49,097 bases of DNA from Octopus bimaculoides (lineage: Eukaryota): NCBI RefSeq assembly GCF_001194135.2, contig NC_068990.1, positions 47,769,516-47,818,612 of the forward strand, read 5' to 3'. Numbering within the stretch: position 1 is the stretch's first letter; every line of letters begins with the position of its first letter. The notes under the pieces are model-generated. The model did not search any database, had not been told where the DNA came from, and saw only the letters and a program-made list of their open reading frames with translations. The position numbers were made by a program, and so were the translations under genes. Below are positions 10,748 to 23,544 of the stretch, one piece after another.

Positions 10748-13310
10748 CATCATCATCATCATTTAACACCCGTTGTCCATGCTGGCATGGGTTGGACGAT
10801 TTGACCAGGGCTGGCAAGCTGGAAGGCTGCACCAGACTCCAGTGTGATTTGGCATGGTTTCTACAGCTGGATGCCCTTCCTAATGCCAACCAGCCTGAGA
10901 GTGTAATGGATGCTTTTACATGCCATCAGCATAAGTGTCATTTGCATGGCACCAATATCTGCTGTGACTGTGGTTTTACTTGGCTTGATGGGTCTCCTAC
11001 TCAAGCATGACATAATGCCAAGGCCTTAGTCACTTGTCATTGCCTCCATCAGGCCCAACACTCAAAAGGAGCTTTTCCATGTGCCACTGGCTTCAGCCAC
11101 TTTGCCTCCATGAGGCCTAATGCTCGAAAGGTACTATTTAGATGCTAGTTATGTGACACCAGCATAACTATGAGTTCACTTGGCTTGATGGGTTTTCTCA
11201 AGCACAGCATATTACCAGAGGTCTCGGTCACTAGTCATTGCCTCTGAGAGGCTCAAAGTTCTAAGATCATGCTTCACTACTTCATCCCATGACTTCCTGG
11301 GTCTACCTCCACCACAGGTTCCCTCCACCATTAGAGAACAGTACTTCTTTACACAACTGTCCTCGGCCTTGCACATCACATGACCATACCAGCACAGTTG
11401 TCTCTCTTGCATGCCACATCTGATGCCTCTTATGCCTAACCATTCTCTCAAGATGCTTACACTGTGTCATACATGCACACTGACATTGCACATCCAGCAA
11501 AGCATACTGGCTTTTTTTATTTCAAGCCTATGCCAGTCCTCAGCTGTCATAGTCCATGTTTCACTGCCATGTAGCATAGCTGTTCATACACAGGCATCAT
11601 ACAATCTGCCTTTCGATCTGAGGGAGTGACCCCTTGTTGACAACAAAGGTAGGAGCTCTCTGAACTTTGCCCAGTCTATTCTTATTCTCATAGCTATGCT
11701 CTTGGAGCATCCACCTCTACTACTAACTTGATCACCTAGATAACGGTGGCTATCAACTACCTCTAGCTTACCCCACTGGCAGTTGATGGAGTCTATTTTC
11801 TGTACATTTTCAGTGTTTATTGTACCTGTGCATCTTCCACACACAAAAGCTATTTTCCCTGTTAACTTTCCTCTGATATTGCTGCACCTCTTATGTGTCC
11901 ATAGCTTTCACTGGTACATCTTATGGTGTTTCTACCTATGCCTTTTCTACAGATCGAGTAGGGCCATCTACCTGAAAGGACTTGTGATGTGTCTACCTTC
12001 CTACTTACTAAGATTTTGGTTTTTGCTAGGTTAACTCTAAGGCCCTTTGATTCTAGACCTTGCTTCCATATCTGAAACTGCTTCTCTAGTTCTGCTAGTG
12101 GTTCAGCTATAAGAACAAGGTCATCAGCATAGAAAAGCTCCCAGGGGCAGCTCATCTTAAATTCCTCTATCATTGCTTGGAGGACTAAGATAAATAAGAG
12201 CGGGGCTGAGCATCAATCCTTGGTGAACCCCTACTTGTACCTTGAATTTTTCACTGTACTCATTGCCAATCCTCACGTTACTGATAGTGCCCATGTACAG
12301 CTTGTACAGCTTTCACAAACCACTTGTCCATCTTTAGCTGACCACCAGATAAGGGAGTAGGGGACTCTGTCAAAAGCTTTCTCTAAGTCAACAAAAGCCA
12401 AGTACAAAGGCTTATCTTTGGCTATGTATTTCTCCTGCAGCTGCCTTACCAGGAAAATAACATCAGTGGTGCTTCTCCCTGGCGCAAAACCAAACTGCAT
12501 CTCATCTAGACTAACTCTCTCCCTAATTAATTGGGTTATGACCCTCTCCGTAACTTTCATCACCTGATCCAGCAATTTGATACTTCTATAATTATTGCTA
12601 TTTAAGGCATCACCTTTACCTTTGCCACAGTTGACTGTGGTGCTGATACACCAGTCATTGGGTATGACTCCTTTGTGAACCACCTGATTAACTATATGGA
12701 TGACGAGACCAAAATCCACACCACCAAATATTTTGAGCATCTCTGCAGTTATTCCTGATGGGCCAGGGGCTTTCCTTGTCTTCATATCTTTAATTGCTTT
12801 ATCTACCAAGGTACTGTCAATTCAGATAGCTGGTCCCTCAATTGAGTCAACATTTGGCAGACTCTCCTCCTCCCATTCATTCTCCACATTCAGTAGTCTT
12901 TAATAATTGCATTCCCAAGCCTCTTTCTTTGTAGGATCATTAAATGCAAGAGCACCATCATCCATTCTCTCCTATGACATCACATCTTTGGTCCTCACGT
13001 CACTTAATATAGGCAAACTTCTTCTTTTCTACTTCTCTCTTGGCTAGATATAACTGTCTCCTAGCTTCCTTTCTGGATATCTGATACAGTTCCATGCTAC
13101 TCCCACTCTTCCAGGCTTTCCATGCCTGTTTCTTTGCTTTAATGGCTTTGTCTACAGCATTTTCCACCATAACGTCACTTAAGGTCTGGATGAGGCTTTA
13201 CACAAGCTGCAGATTTGGTCTGTGGCACTCAGCAAGCTATCTCACAAGAATTTCCAGTTGCCCTGTATGACACAACTCTGTAGTTCCACCTCCCTCTCAT
13301 CAAATTTCTC
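10748..13310 (-). mobile_element. RTE-clade LINE (decayed, same family as 988-3227)
   Basis: KAPGPSGITAEMLK, NYRSIKLL, FVDLEKAFDRVP, ELFYADDL, YLGD and RGRPRKSW motifs. (CAT)n tail at 10748-10762. Confidence 0.93.
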
Positions 13311-13575
13311 AATTATGTTTACTATTTTATTAAAGCTAAAAAGTATTTTACAAGCTGTTATTTAGAGTTTCATGTTACTGTTTATGAGACAGTTGTGATA
13401 ATACAGACTAATGAAGAAATTTTTAATAAATTATGAGCATATATAAGGGTACCAGTTCAACAAGTAAGCATTTGATGCTGATTGGCAACAATTTTTCAAA
13501 AATCTAATGGTGTACAATTTGATGCAAGTGGGGATTGACCTTAAAGGAGAAATATGTGTCTAAAAATATAAGCAA

Positions 13576-13665
13576 TAGGCGCAAGCATGGCAGTGTGATA
13601 AAAAGTTTGCTTCCTAGCAACATGGTTCCAGGTTCAGTCCCACTGTGTGACCCCTTGGGCATACA
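13576..13665 (+). mobile_element. tRNA-derived SINE head
   Basis: Degenerate A box (tggcagtgtgataa) and B box (ggttcagtccc). Confidence 0.6.
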
Positions 13666-14776
13666 CAAATATATACGTATGCATAAGACATATTTAGAAA
13701 AGAAAAGAAATGGAGCAATAATTAACAATGAGAAGTTGATCATTGGTATTAAAAAGTCATTATTTAATTGTGAATTCTGGTGAATTCTTAAATAAATGTA
13801 AAACTAAAAACGTAATCTACCAATGTGATGTACTCTCAAATAATTACAAGAAAACTTATATTGGAGCAACTAAAAATCAAAAGAAACTTAGATATAATTC
13901 CCATCACTCAAGTTTCAGAAATAGAAATAAAGCGAACTCTACCAGACTAAGTAGTTACATCTGGGAACTGAAAGACAATAACATCAATTATAGATTAGAA
14001 TGGCATATCCGAGCCAAAACTTCTTCACATAACCTTAATAATAATCGCTGTGATTTATGTATAAATGAGAAATTCTTCATTTTAATGGCCAAATCAGAAT
14101 TACTTAATAAACGAGATGAGTAAAATAAAACATGTTTGCATAAAGATAAATTCTTATTCTCAAAGTGTCGCTAATCCCTATATTACAGGTTATTAGCGGA
14201 CCTGCCTAACATCTTATTACCTCCCCTAACCCTTCCACTTACCACAGAACATAATTTAACTTCACTTCACAATTTTAAATTAAATACCCTGATTAACCCA
14301 AACTATATATTAAAATCTATGTTGTACACCAGGGCATATAATCCTATATAATATATTCACTTTAAAGCTAGGTTACCGACTCACATTACATGTTATAATT
14401 CCTATTGATTTTATTGATTCTTATTTATGTATCTTCAACTCTTTTTTATTATTCCTGTACATAGCCCATATGTATACACTATGTCATACAAACTTTAAAT
14501 AGCATCCTTAGTTTTTAACAAGGGCATCCTTTGTAATCATAGGGACTAACCTAGAGGTCACAAACAGTGTTATATATTACAAATAACAACACCGGATATC
14601 TCCACCAGGTATAACTTCTTTGGCTAACACCACCAGTCAAATAATCATTGTCTCCACTTACTGCTCCATGCTTCTAATGGAGGAAACTACAAACATGTGG
14701 AACCCAACAAGTCACTAAAATGTAAGCCTAAAGACTTCATGAACTTTTTTCCTGTTTCCTTTTATTACCCTCTAAA

Positions 14777-14860
14777 ATCAATCTGAAGATGTTTGTTAAA
14801 TGTAATGAGGTAAATGTAAATTTACTCCAATTTTTATAAACGGAAACAGCTGTAAATGGT
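14777..14860 (+). ncRNA. Type I hammerhead ribozyme motif (PLE pLTR)
   Basis: atcaat-CTGAAGA-tgtttgt...ataaacg-GAAAC-agct-GTA-aatggt. Stem I has 5/6 pairs, stem II 7 pairs, and stem III is the palindrome ACAGCTGT. Confidence 0.72.
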
Positions 14861-15346
14861 CCTGAACTACAATTAAATAATGACTTTTTAATACCAATGA
14901 TCAACTTCTCATTGTTAATTATTGCTCCATTTCTTTTCTTTTCTATATGTATTAAACCACGGTTTTACCTTTAAGTTACCTACTATTGTATACCTTATAG
15001 CTAGGACTATACATAGTAAGGTGATACACCAGGAGTGTCTATGGATACATCTATCCTGTAGATGGTTGCATAACCTCTAACTCATATTTTGCTTAAGACA
15101 TATATATATATATAGCAAGATATAAGTTAGAGATTATGCAACCTTCTTAGGGATAGATGTATCCGTAGGCACTCCTGGTGTATTACCTCATTATGTATAG
15201 TCCTTGTTATAAGGTATACAATAGTAGGTAACTTAAAGGTAAAACCGTGGTTTAATACATATAGAAAAGAAAAGAAATGGAGCAATAATTAACAATGAGA
15301 AGTTGATCATTGGTATTAAAAAGTCATTATTTAATTGTAGTTCAGG

Positions 15347-15431
15347 ACCATTTACAGCTGTTTCCGTTTATAAAAAATTGGAGTAAATTTACATTTACCT
15401 CATTACATTTAACAAACATCTTCAGATTGAT
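15347..15431 (-). ncRNA. Type I hammerhead ribozyme motif (mirror copy)
   Basis: Exact reverse complement of 14777-14860 apart from the length of the T run. Confidence 0.7.
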
Positions 15432-15676
15432 TTTAGAGGGTAATTTAAAGGAATCTACTAACACGTGGAAATATACAAGTCACTAAAATGTAAGCCTTTA
15501 GCTTTAACGAACTCTTTTACTTTTTCTTTTTTCTTTTTCTTTCTTTGCCTTTATTTTCCCTCTAATACTCCAATTTTATAAACAGAAGCAGCTGTAAATG
15601 TTCCAAATTCAATTAAATAATGACTTTTAAACACCAAATGATCCACTTCTCATCATTAATTATTACTCCATTTCTT

Positions 15677-15741
<65 letters not shown>

Positions 15742-15789
15742 TTTGACTTACAGGTAGGATTCATTTTTGTCAGATGAGTGAACTGGAGA

Positions 15790-16400
15790 AACATGAAATA
15801 AAGTGTTCCTCTCAAAAACTTGAGTACTTGAAGTACTTGAAAAATTTTATAGAAAAGAACAAGGATTTCATCTGCAGAATGAGATGGCAGACATATTTTT
15901 CTATAAGAAAGAACGATGAGACAACACTGACCGCAACTACAGTTTTGAGTCCAGGAAGAACTCTCTAGCTATTAATGATTTAAAACCTTTTGAAAGGGAC
16001 CTTTTCAACCTTATATGGAAAATAAAATTCCACAAGGTGAGTAGTGCATTCCAGATAATCCTGAAGGAAATGATTAACAACATAAGGCACTCAGACAAGA
16101 TTTTTGTGCAATTTGACAAAAATAAAAACCTGTTTGCTGTGGACAAAAATTTACACAACTGGTTTCACACCATTAGCATCACAGATAGTGGATAATAATT
16201 TATACAAAGAGGTTAATCTTAAAACAAGTAGAATCATTGCCAGCCATAATGTTACTGTTAAGATAGAGTGTTTACCCCCATGTAGACCTTTTATTTTCCT
16301 TAAAGACCACAAGGCCAATTTTAGCAGAAACCATAAATGTAGATGAATCAATCCAGTTAAAACAGAAATAGGAATAATTAATAAGAATATATTTGATTCA
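15790..16400 (+). mobile_element. Penelope-like element N-terminal/RT-proximal fragment
   Basis: FICRMRWQTYF, LKPFERDLFNL, DKNKNL and PFIFLKDHKANF...CR*INPVKTEIGIINK motifs, frameshifted. Confidence 0.8.
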
Positions 16401-16629
16401 ATTCTCCAATGGATGGGCTTAAAAAGTAGTCATTAAGTAGTAGTGACTACTTAATGACACCCACCATATTTCCATTTTGGGAGACCTTCCCACTAACCAG
16501 CACTTTCATTGGTCATTTGATTTTGATTTCGATTTTCTTCCTTTCTTTTGACTGACCATTCCTACAGTGGGTGGCTTGATATCTCATTTGTTCATCTCTT
16601 GTGGCAATATGAACATCGTTGAGGTATCA

Positions 16630-16845
16630 AATACCTGAAGATTAGCTAAGCTGCTTTGTGTTTGTTACCACATACATAACTGACTTCAACTTGCTATGAA
16701 ACAATTGTAGCCTGTGCTTTACCTGTTCCTGTCCTTATCTTTTGGATATAAGTATATATATACTTATACCCAAAAGATAAGGACTGGAACAGGTAAAGTA
16801 CAGACTACAATTGTTTCATAGCAAGTTGAAGTCAGTTATGTATAT
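16630..16845 (+). mobile_element. Spacer-less fold-back with hammerhead-like core
   Basis: Arms 16672-16757 and 16758-16845 meet at tataagtatatatatacttata. CTGAAGA at 16635-16641 and GAAAC-aatt-GTA at 16698-16709. Confidence 0.65.
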
Positions 16846-17364
16846 ATATGTATATAAATATATATATAAGTATCATTTAGTCTCTTCACCCCTCCTCCCA
16901 CCTGATTGCTTTCAGTAAATAATAGAAAAAATCCTTTTCCTTTTATGTATGTATGTATGTATGTATGTATGTATGTATGTATGTATGTATGTATTATGAT
17001 TTATGTATGTATAATTCGGCTATGGTAGTGAGTGCACAATATTCTTAAGGTTAACATTTACATTTTTGCAACCACTTGTATGCTAATCCAATTCTTGAGC
17101 AAATTAAATTCTAATATGTTCATTGAACAGAACCAGTGCTCTGCTTCATTTGAGATATTACACAGAAAATTGATTAGGTAAAAAAAAAGGTAGTTACTAT
17201 AAAATATGTGTGTTCAAAAATGGGAGTGATGCATAGATTCAGCTTCTAACCAGTATAGTTTCTTTATATTTTTAATAGTTTTGAATGATGTACATATTCA
17301 TTCTTGTTACATTCTGGCATATTGGAATGTGAGTATGTGAATCACTGTTGTATTTTACCTTTGG

Positions 17365-17722
17365 AGAATACCTTCTCCTTTCAGGTGATGTGTGTTGACA
17401 AAACACCCAATTCATTGAATTTCTTCAATGAGGACTTTGAGATACTGGTGTTTCAACTTAGTTGTGTCTCTTCAGTCAAAACTACTTCCAGATCAATGAA
17501 TGTAAATAAAAATGGTGGTTCTTGTTTATATAATTTAGCAAACAAATAGCTTGATGCATGATGATATCTGTCAAATCAAGAATAAATTATCATGTTCATG
17601 ATTGGGAAACTTTGAATGAAAAGACACAACCAGGTTGAAACACTGGTGTGTCAAAGTCAACCTTAGGTCAATGGATTGAGTTTGTTGTAAATGTGCATCA
17701 TCTAAAGGGAGAAGGCATTCTC
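17365..17722. mobile_element. Old inverted-repeat (MITE-like) element
   Basis: gagaataccttctcc...gttgtgtctcttc versus gaaaagacacaac...ggagaaggcattctc (about 115-bp diverged arms). Confidence 0.55.
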
Positions 17723-18145
17723 TGAAAGTGAACTACAACAGTGATTAACATAGTCATACTCAAATCTGCTGGAATGTATAATGAATGAGTATGTACATTA
17801 TTGTTTTGATTTTTGCTGTCCATGAGTGCATGATAGTTTATCAATTATTTTTGTTTTAGTTATAATTGAAAAAAATACTTTAATGAGGGGAATCTGGTCT
17901 TGTAAACCATGTCAAAATTATGAAATAGAAAAATAATTTATGAAGCAAGAAGTAGTCAAATTGAAAAGAGAATAGAGTCCTATATCATCTTTAAATCATC
18001 AAATCTCTATTATTTTGAAAAACAATTTAATAAAGTTAAGCTTTCCTAAAAGATATAAAAGAAAAGGAATCTCATACATGTGGATATTGGTACAGTACTT
18101 ATGGGGCAAAAGAGTGATCAAATTTGAGGGTAACCACTTGGGCAT

Positions 18146-20370
18146 TTATGTATCCTTGTATTGGATATTTAATATAACAAAGCAGGGAGAAAAAAAAATA
18201 TACATGATACACTGCAATTACTATTACACAAGACTCAATGCTCTATATCAAAGGCTCACAGTGAACTGCTACCAATCTGAACTGTCAATTGCTCACAATT
18301 CTTTATTTTATAATGGTGAGTTAGTTCACCTTTAGTGAATTGTGGGGTGGTCGGAATCCTTTCACATCTCTCCTTTTTAGAATCAGTCTCTCCTATCTTT
18401 TCCCCATTTGAGAATTGAACTCCACTCTGAGTTTTAACATCTCTTACACTTAGGGTTCAATTCCAGTGTAAAAATCAGCACATTCTCTGATTTTCTTATT
18501 ATTAATGGACACAGTTGGTGATGCCCATACAGAGTATCCACTTTTTGGATAACTCCAATTTTTTCTAGTCTCTCTAAGTTTATCTGTTGTAATGCTGTGA
18601 AAGGTACAGTTCATTTTTGTTTAAATGTCGGTATGGTGTTTTCTTGTATTGGAAACTGCACCTTTGTTTTGGTACACTAACCTAATCTATCGGACAGAAT
18701 GTCAGGAAAAATATTAAAAATTCGTCTGATGACTTAGAGAAAGAACCATAGTCATTTTTACAGAACAGATTTATGGGGACGTCCCATAAGTTAAATAATT
18801 CCACCCAGTCAGTACTGAACAAGTTTGTTGTATTATTTAACACAAAAACTTTAACTTTTTACGGTTTTTTTCACGAAATGTAATGTTACTTATAAATTCA
18901 CCCTTAAAATATAATTTTTTTTTCCTGAAACACCACAGGCAATATTTGAATTTACATTTAATTTAGATCTCCCCATCTTTTTCCATGTATCTGTGATAAA
19001 TTAGTGAGATGTTGCTGCCTGAATCCAATTGTAACTTTACATTTGTGTTATTAATTTTTACACACAAATTTTCTTTGAGGGTCATTTGTATCTATTGTCA
19101 CTGATAATCCATTTATACAATTTTTTCTCTTGAACCATTTTTTAGGTTCTATCCTACAGCGTAACTTTTTATGGCCTATTTTTACCACATTTGTAGCATT
19201 TTATATTTTAAAACTTACAGTTATTTTTAAAATGTTGACCACTGCACCCATAAGATGGATTTAGTCTTGACATTTTTTCTTATCCGATACCAGTAGATAA
19301 GCTTGAATCTGAGAACACTCTTTCTCTTCAGTTTTATTTGCATCATGTCATAGATTAATAATCCTCTGACATTCCTCTGCTACTGCCTGCAAAGTTAAAT
19401 TTTGGTTCTGTTCTAATTTTGTTAATATTTGGGAACGTATATTTGCATCTTTGCTTGCAGTAAGCCCTTGAGCAAAAATTAAAGACTTGAACATGTCTGG
19501 AGTTAACTCATTCAGTTAGAATTTCTCACACTCTCTGTTAACTACTCCAGCATAGGTGACAAAATCATCATCTTGTTTTGACCAAATTTAAACGTTGTCA
19601 GTAAGTATTGAACAGGGAATTTCTTTCACTGAAAATTTTTGATAAAATATTGTTTCATCGAAAGAAATCTCATCTGGCTTCTTCAGCAGAATATAGTTAC
19701 TATATTTTTTGTGTTCAGCAGGGAATAACTTTCTTAAAAGTAGTCGTACTTTTATCTCATTGGACTAACTTTTACACTCTTCTTTGAAGATTTCTTTGCA
19801 TCTATGAAAATATGCAGAGAAGGTAATACCTGGGTTGTATTCTGGGTTATATTTGAATTCTCCAATTGAGTTTGCTACGCTATCTGGCAAGTATGAACCT
19901 GAAGTATTTTCAGACTTCTTCAGCATTAATTCCAGCAACTGCTGGTTTGGCTGTTGTTGCTGTTGTAATTGTTGCTGCTGCAATTGCTGCTGTAACTGCT
20001 GCTGTAATTGCTGTTGTTGTTGCTGCTGTTGCTGTTGCAACTGCACCACAGAGGCCAATAGGTTCTCTCTGTTAAATGACTTTTCTTTGGTGTTGTACAA
20101 AAAAAAATTTAAACGTTCAACACATGCTTTGAACAACTCATTGCAACTTTTATATCCTTGTATTGGATATATAATATAACAAAGCAGAGGGAAGAAAGTA
20201 TATACAGGATGCACTACTATTACTATTACATGAGATTCAACACTCTATATCAAAGGCTCACAGTGAGCTGCTACCAATCTGAACTGCCAATCACTCACAT
20301 CCCTTTCTTTTATTACAGTGAGTCAGCCCACCTTTAGTCACTTGGGAATGGTCGGAATCCTTCTACAACA
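18146..20370 (-). mobile_element. Internally deleted Gypsy LTR retrotransposon with both LTRs
   Basis: About 220-bp LTRs at 18146-18366 and 20151-20370, and GGCAT TSD at 18141-18145 and 20371-20375. PPT aaaaaggagaga next to the 3' LTR. gag with polyQ and CYKCGKIGHKKLRC knuckle, protease LDSGS, and RT start WASPTV...CADF, then a deletion. Confidence 0.88.
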
Positions 20371-20570
20371 GGCATCAAACTGTATTTATGCTTGTGGACA
20401 TGTGTGTGAGCATGTGCATGTGTGTATCTGTGTGCGTGCGTGCATGCATGCATGTACGTATGTATACATAGAGTAAACTGTAGGATCTGAGCAAACAAGT
20501 GATGGTTTGTAAGACAATTAGTGAAATATAAATAGCTCAAAAGAAAGTGTCTCCTGCTAGTTTCACAGTA

Positions 20571-20789
20571 CAGTAATCCCTTGCCATATCGCGGTTCACC
20601 TAACATGGTTTATTATTTAAGCTTACATCGATTTCTCCATGGTATTGTTTTGCATTTATAATAAAATAAATATATACAAATTATAAAAATGATTAAAAAA
20701 ATATACAGCACAGTACTGTCTCTACTTTGTGGATTTTCACTTATCACAGGGGTTGGAATGTAACACCTGCAATAGTCGAGGGATTACTG
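20571..20789. mobile_element. pogo/Tigger-type MITE
   Basis: TIRs cagtaatccc and gggattactg, flanked by TA on both sides. Confidence 0.8.
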
Positions 20790-20906
20790 TACTGTGCTTG
20801 CAAAAAAGAAGCTAAACATTAATTCTTCACCTGATATGCTAATTATTAAATCTGTTTCCATACAAGCAATATTTAGAAAAGACTTTCAGAAGACTGTCAT
20901 ACCTAC

Positions 20907-21130
20907 CTGCTGCCCAAACTTTTACAAATCCTGATGAAAAGCAGAAAACTCCAGTCAAAATTACTGATGAACTGTATAGTGTTTTTCTACCACATTTCTT
21001 TGCAAGTAAAATTAGTACTACATATGAGGCCAGCTCAACAACTGCCATCAGGGAAGTACTCACAAACAAATCTCCTGCCAGAGTGGCTGATCCAAACATT
21101 AAACCATAATACACTATGTTCACAGCTATC
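20907..21130 (-). CDS. SLC22-family transporter exon (TM7-TM9), 224 bp
   Basis: Acceptor tttgctttcAG, donor GTaggt. (W)IAVNIVYYGLMFGSATLAGDLFVSTSLMAVVELASYVVLILLAKKCGRKTLYSSSVILTGVFCFSSGFVKVWAA contains the YYGL, VE and GRK motifs. Confidence 0.94.
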
Positions 21131-21149
21131 CTGAAAGCAAACAGTACCA

Positions 21150-21603
21150 GCATAAATAAACATAAACAGGAAGATATAGGACGAGGTGATAGAATATGAC
21201 CGTCAGATGCTGAGTCTCATGGAGGAGATGACAAGTGACCAAGACAGTTGGCGATTTGCTGTGCTTGAGAAGACATACCAAGCTTAGTTGAATCATAGCT
21301 GTGGTGAGTGTCAGTGACATATTAGAGGCCCCAGTGCTGGTGACACGTTAAAGGCACCCATGCTGGTGACACATTAAAGGCATCTATGCCAGTGACACGT
21401 TAAAGGCATCCATACTGGTGACACGTAAAAAGCACCCAGTACACTCTGTAGAGCAGTTGGCATTAAGATGGGCATCCAGACATAGAAACCAATACAAAAC
21501 AGACTGGAGCCTGGTGCAGCTCTCCAGCTTACCAGTTCCAGTCAAACTGTCTGATCCATGCCAGCATGGAAAACAGATAATGATGATGATGATGATGATG
21601 ATG
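21150..21603 (+). mobile_element. SINE/RTE-tail repeat with internal 26-bp tandem units
   Basis: About 4 copies of (t)gctggtgacacgttaaaggcacccca at 21335-21435. Ends catgccagcatggaaaac...(GAT)n like the RTE tails. Confidence 0.7.
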
Positions 21604-23063
21604 AAACAGTTCAGATATATAAGCTTGTTTGAAGTGTCATTAACAAGTGTCATCTTCTTCATCATATAACTGCTGCTTTCATCATTAGGATGTCAACATT
21701 TTGGCTGTGAACGTTTCCTTGATGTGATAAGTTCTGTAATATGAATTATACATGGTTCTCGTCTTCCCCTGCCTCATTTCCATGGAAATGGATTTGGTAG
21801 AAACAAATAAAGTGTTACAGGGGAATGGTTAACCACATAGTAACTTTCCCTGCAAGAAATAGCAGTCAAATCTCTACCAGATTAACTCTTACAATTTTTG
21901 TAATTAAAAAACTCATTGGATAATGTAGTTCATTGCCTATATAAATAAACAAGATGACTGGAATGATTTCTGTCATAGGGCTGCTTGATTGAGGCTGACC
22001 TGGTGTTAAACAGCAATAGCAATGATAATAGAGTGATAAAGTAACTGTCTCACAAGTGAAATGTGATCTTCTATGTAGCTTCATGGTTTACATTGTGATG
22101 TGTTAGAGTTAAACTAGAATGGGTCTCAATTTTATGATAGGATTAACACCAAAACTGAAATGGAATTCAAAATTATGTCATATGAATTATGTCATATACA
22201 TCACAAAATTCTAAATATTTAGCATCAACAAAACAAGTTCCAGTAATATATCAGGGACAATTCAAGAACACTTTGATCTACACAACTAGACAGTATGCCT
22301 AATAAGAAACTTTTATTCAGTAGGTTGTTGGACAAAACATTTTGTAGTATTTAATTACAATTCTTTACATTGGGAACTAGGATCCTATCAAGGTTAACTT
22401 TATTTTAATCTTTCTGAAGTCAATAAAACAAAGGACCAGTCAAATAATAGGATCCATATAACTGGGTTTTGCTTTCACAAGATTTATGGCATTCTGCCAA
22501 CTTTAGAAATAAACATCGTTGGTATTGCTATACTATCCCAAAATAATAATGTAGGTACCAAACAGTATTTAATTATGACTCTCTACATTGAAAGTTTCAT
22601 TTCCACATCAAGTTGAATTTGCCATTCATGTTTGATAAAATAAATAACAACAAAATACTGAAACTAATTCTAACAATGGAAGCATTTATGAACCAATGAG
22701 GAAACCTCCACAGAGTTGCACAACCAGCTAAAAATACAAGCCTAATCTACCTCAGAACACATCCTATTGTTTTCTAACAGTTGGAGAATTTAAGCCTCTC
22801 AAGGAGATTGCTGGAAGTGTGATAAAGTTTCTGGAAGCAAGAAGGGAATGACAATTAGTGTGTTTATCTGCCTTTGTAATGTGACTCTTCCAAAATATAA
22901 TGAGATCAATTTCAGCACACTGATTCAAAATTCTTAAAAGACAAATTTTAAAAAATTTTAAACAATTAAAAAAAATATTTGAAATATGCTAGTAATTATA
23001 CAGTTCAGTTTTAATATATTAAAAATTCAAAAAGATTGAGAAACCACAGTCTTACAAACTTAC

Positions 23064-23282
23064 CAGTTGAAAAACACATTGAATGCTCGATATAAGAGAA
23101 TTCTTGATTTAAATATATCTCCAAAACTGCCATTCACTGCAACTGTTTCATTATTAGATGTTCTTTCTGTAAGCATTGCATAAAACTTCTTTCCATTTCT
23201 CTTGGCTATTTTTCTAAGAATCGTTTCAGCTTTGTCTAGTTTCCCTTTTGAAATTAGCCAACGAGGAGATTCATCAATAAAA
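23064..23282 (-). CDS. SLC22-family transporter exon (central cytoplasmic loop to TM7), 219 bp
   Basis: Acceptor ctttttgttttcaAG, donor GTaagt. FIDESPRWLISKGKLDKAETILRKIAKRNGK...FGDIFKSRILLYRAFNVFFN(W) contains the ESPRWL signature. Confidence 0.95.
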
Positions 23283-23544
23283 CTTGAAAACAAAAAGAGG
23301 GAGAGAAAGAAAAAAGATTAAAGAGGCAAACGAAAAACTTATCTAATTTATTCTTGCTTCAAGAAAATTACACTTTGGCACAAAGAAACAATTTATATAA
23401 AATAGAATATGATGTGGCTACAACTGTTACTGTTTACTCAATGTGAAGAGTAAGAGTAGATGATGATGATGGCCATCATTATCATGATGAAACATCACAC
23501 ATAATGAATTATTAATATTCTCTTCATTAATTAGTAGTAGAAAT

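Larger units (their letters stand above)
13690..15680 (+). mobile_element. Penelope-like element 3' end: GIY-YIG endonuclease fragment plus direct and inverted pseudo-LTR copies
   Basis: 13790-14123 encodes NVIYQC...YIGAT...RYNSHHSSF...LSSYIWELK...CDLCINEK. pLTR segments repeat at 13690-13780 (inverted), 14700-14960, 15240-15445 (inverted) and 15460-15680. Confidence 0.88.

Noticed and set aside
18725-18760. CTGATGA...GAAA hammerhead-like word
   Set aside because: No credible stem II or stem III.
19765-20214. PolyQ/polyC/polyA ORFs as a host gene
   Set aside because: They lie inside a Gypsy gag bounded by LTRs and a TSD.
22810-22860. Minus-strand LIVIPFLLPETL resembling the SLC22 TM12 LPET motif
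   Set aside because: Wrong position (inside an intron upstream of TM7-9), no acceptor, and the upstream residues are not TM-like.
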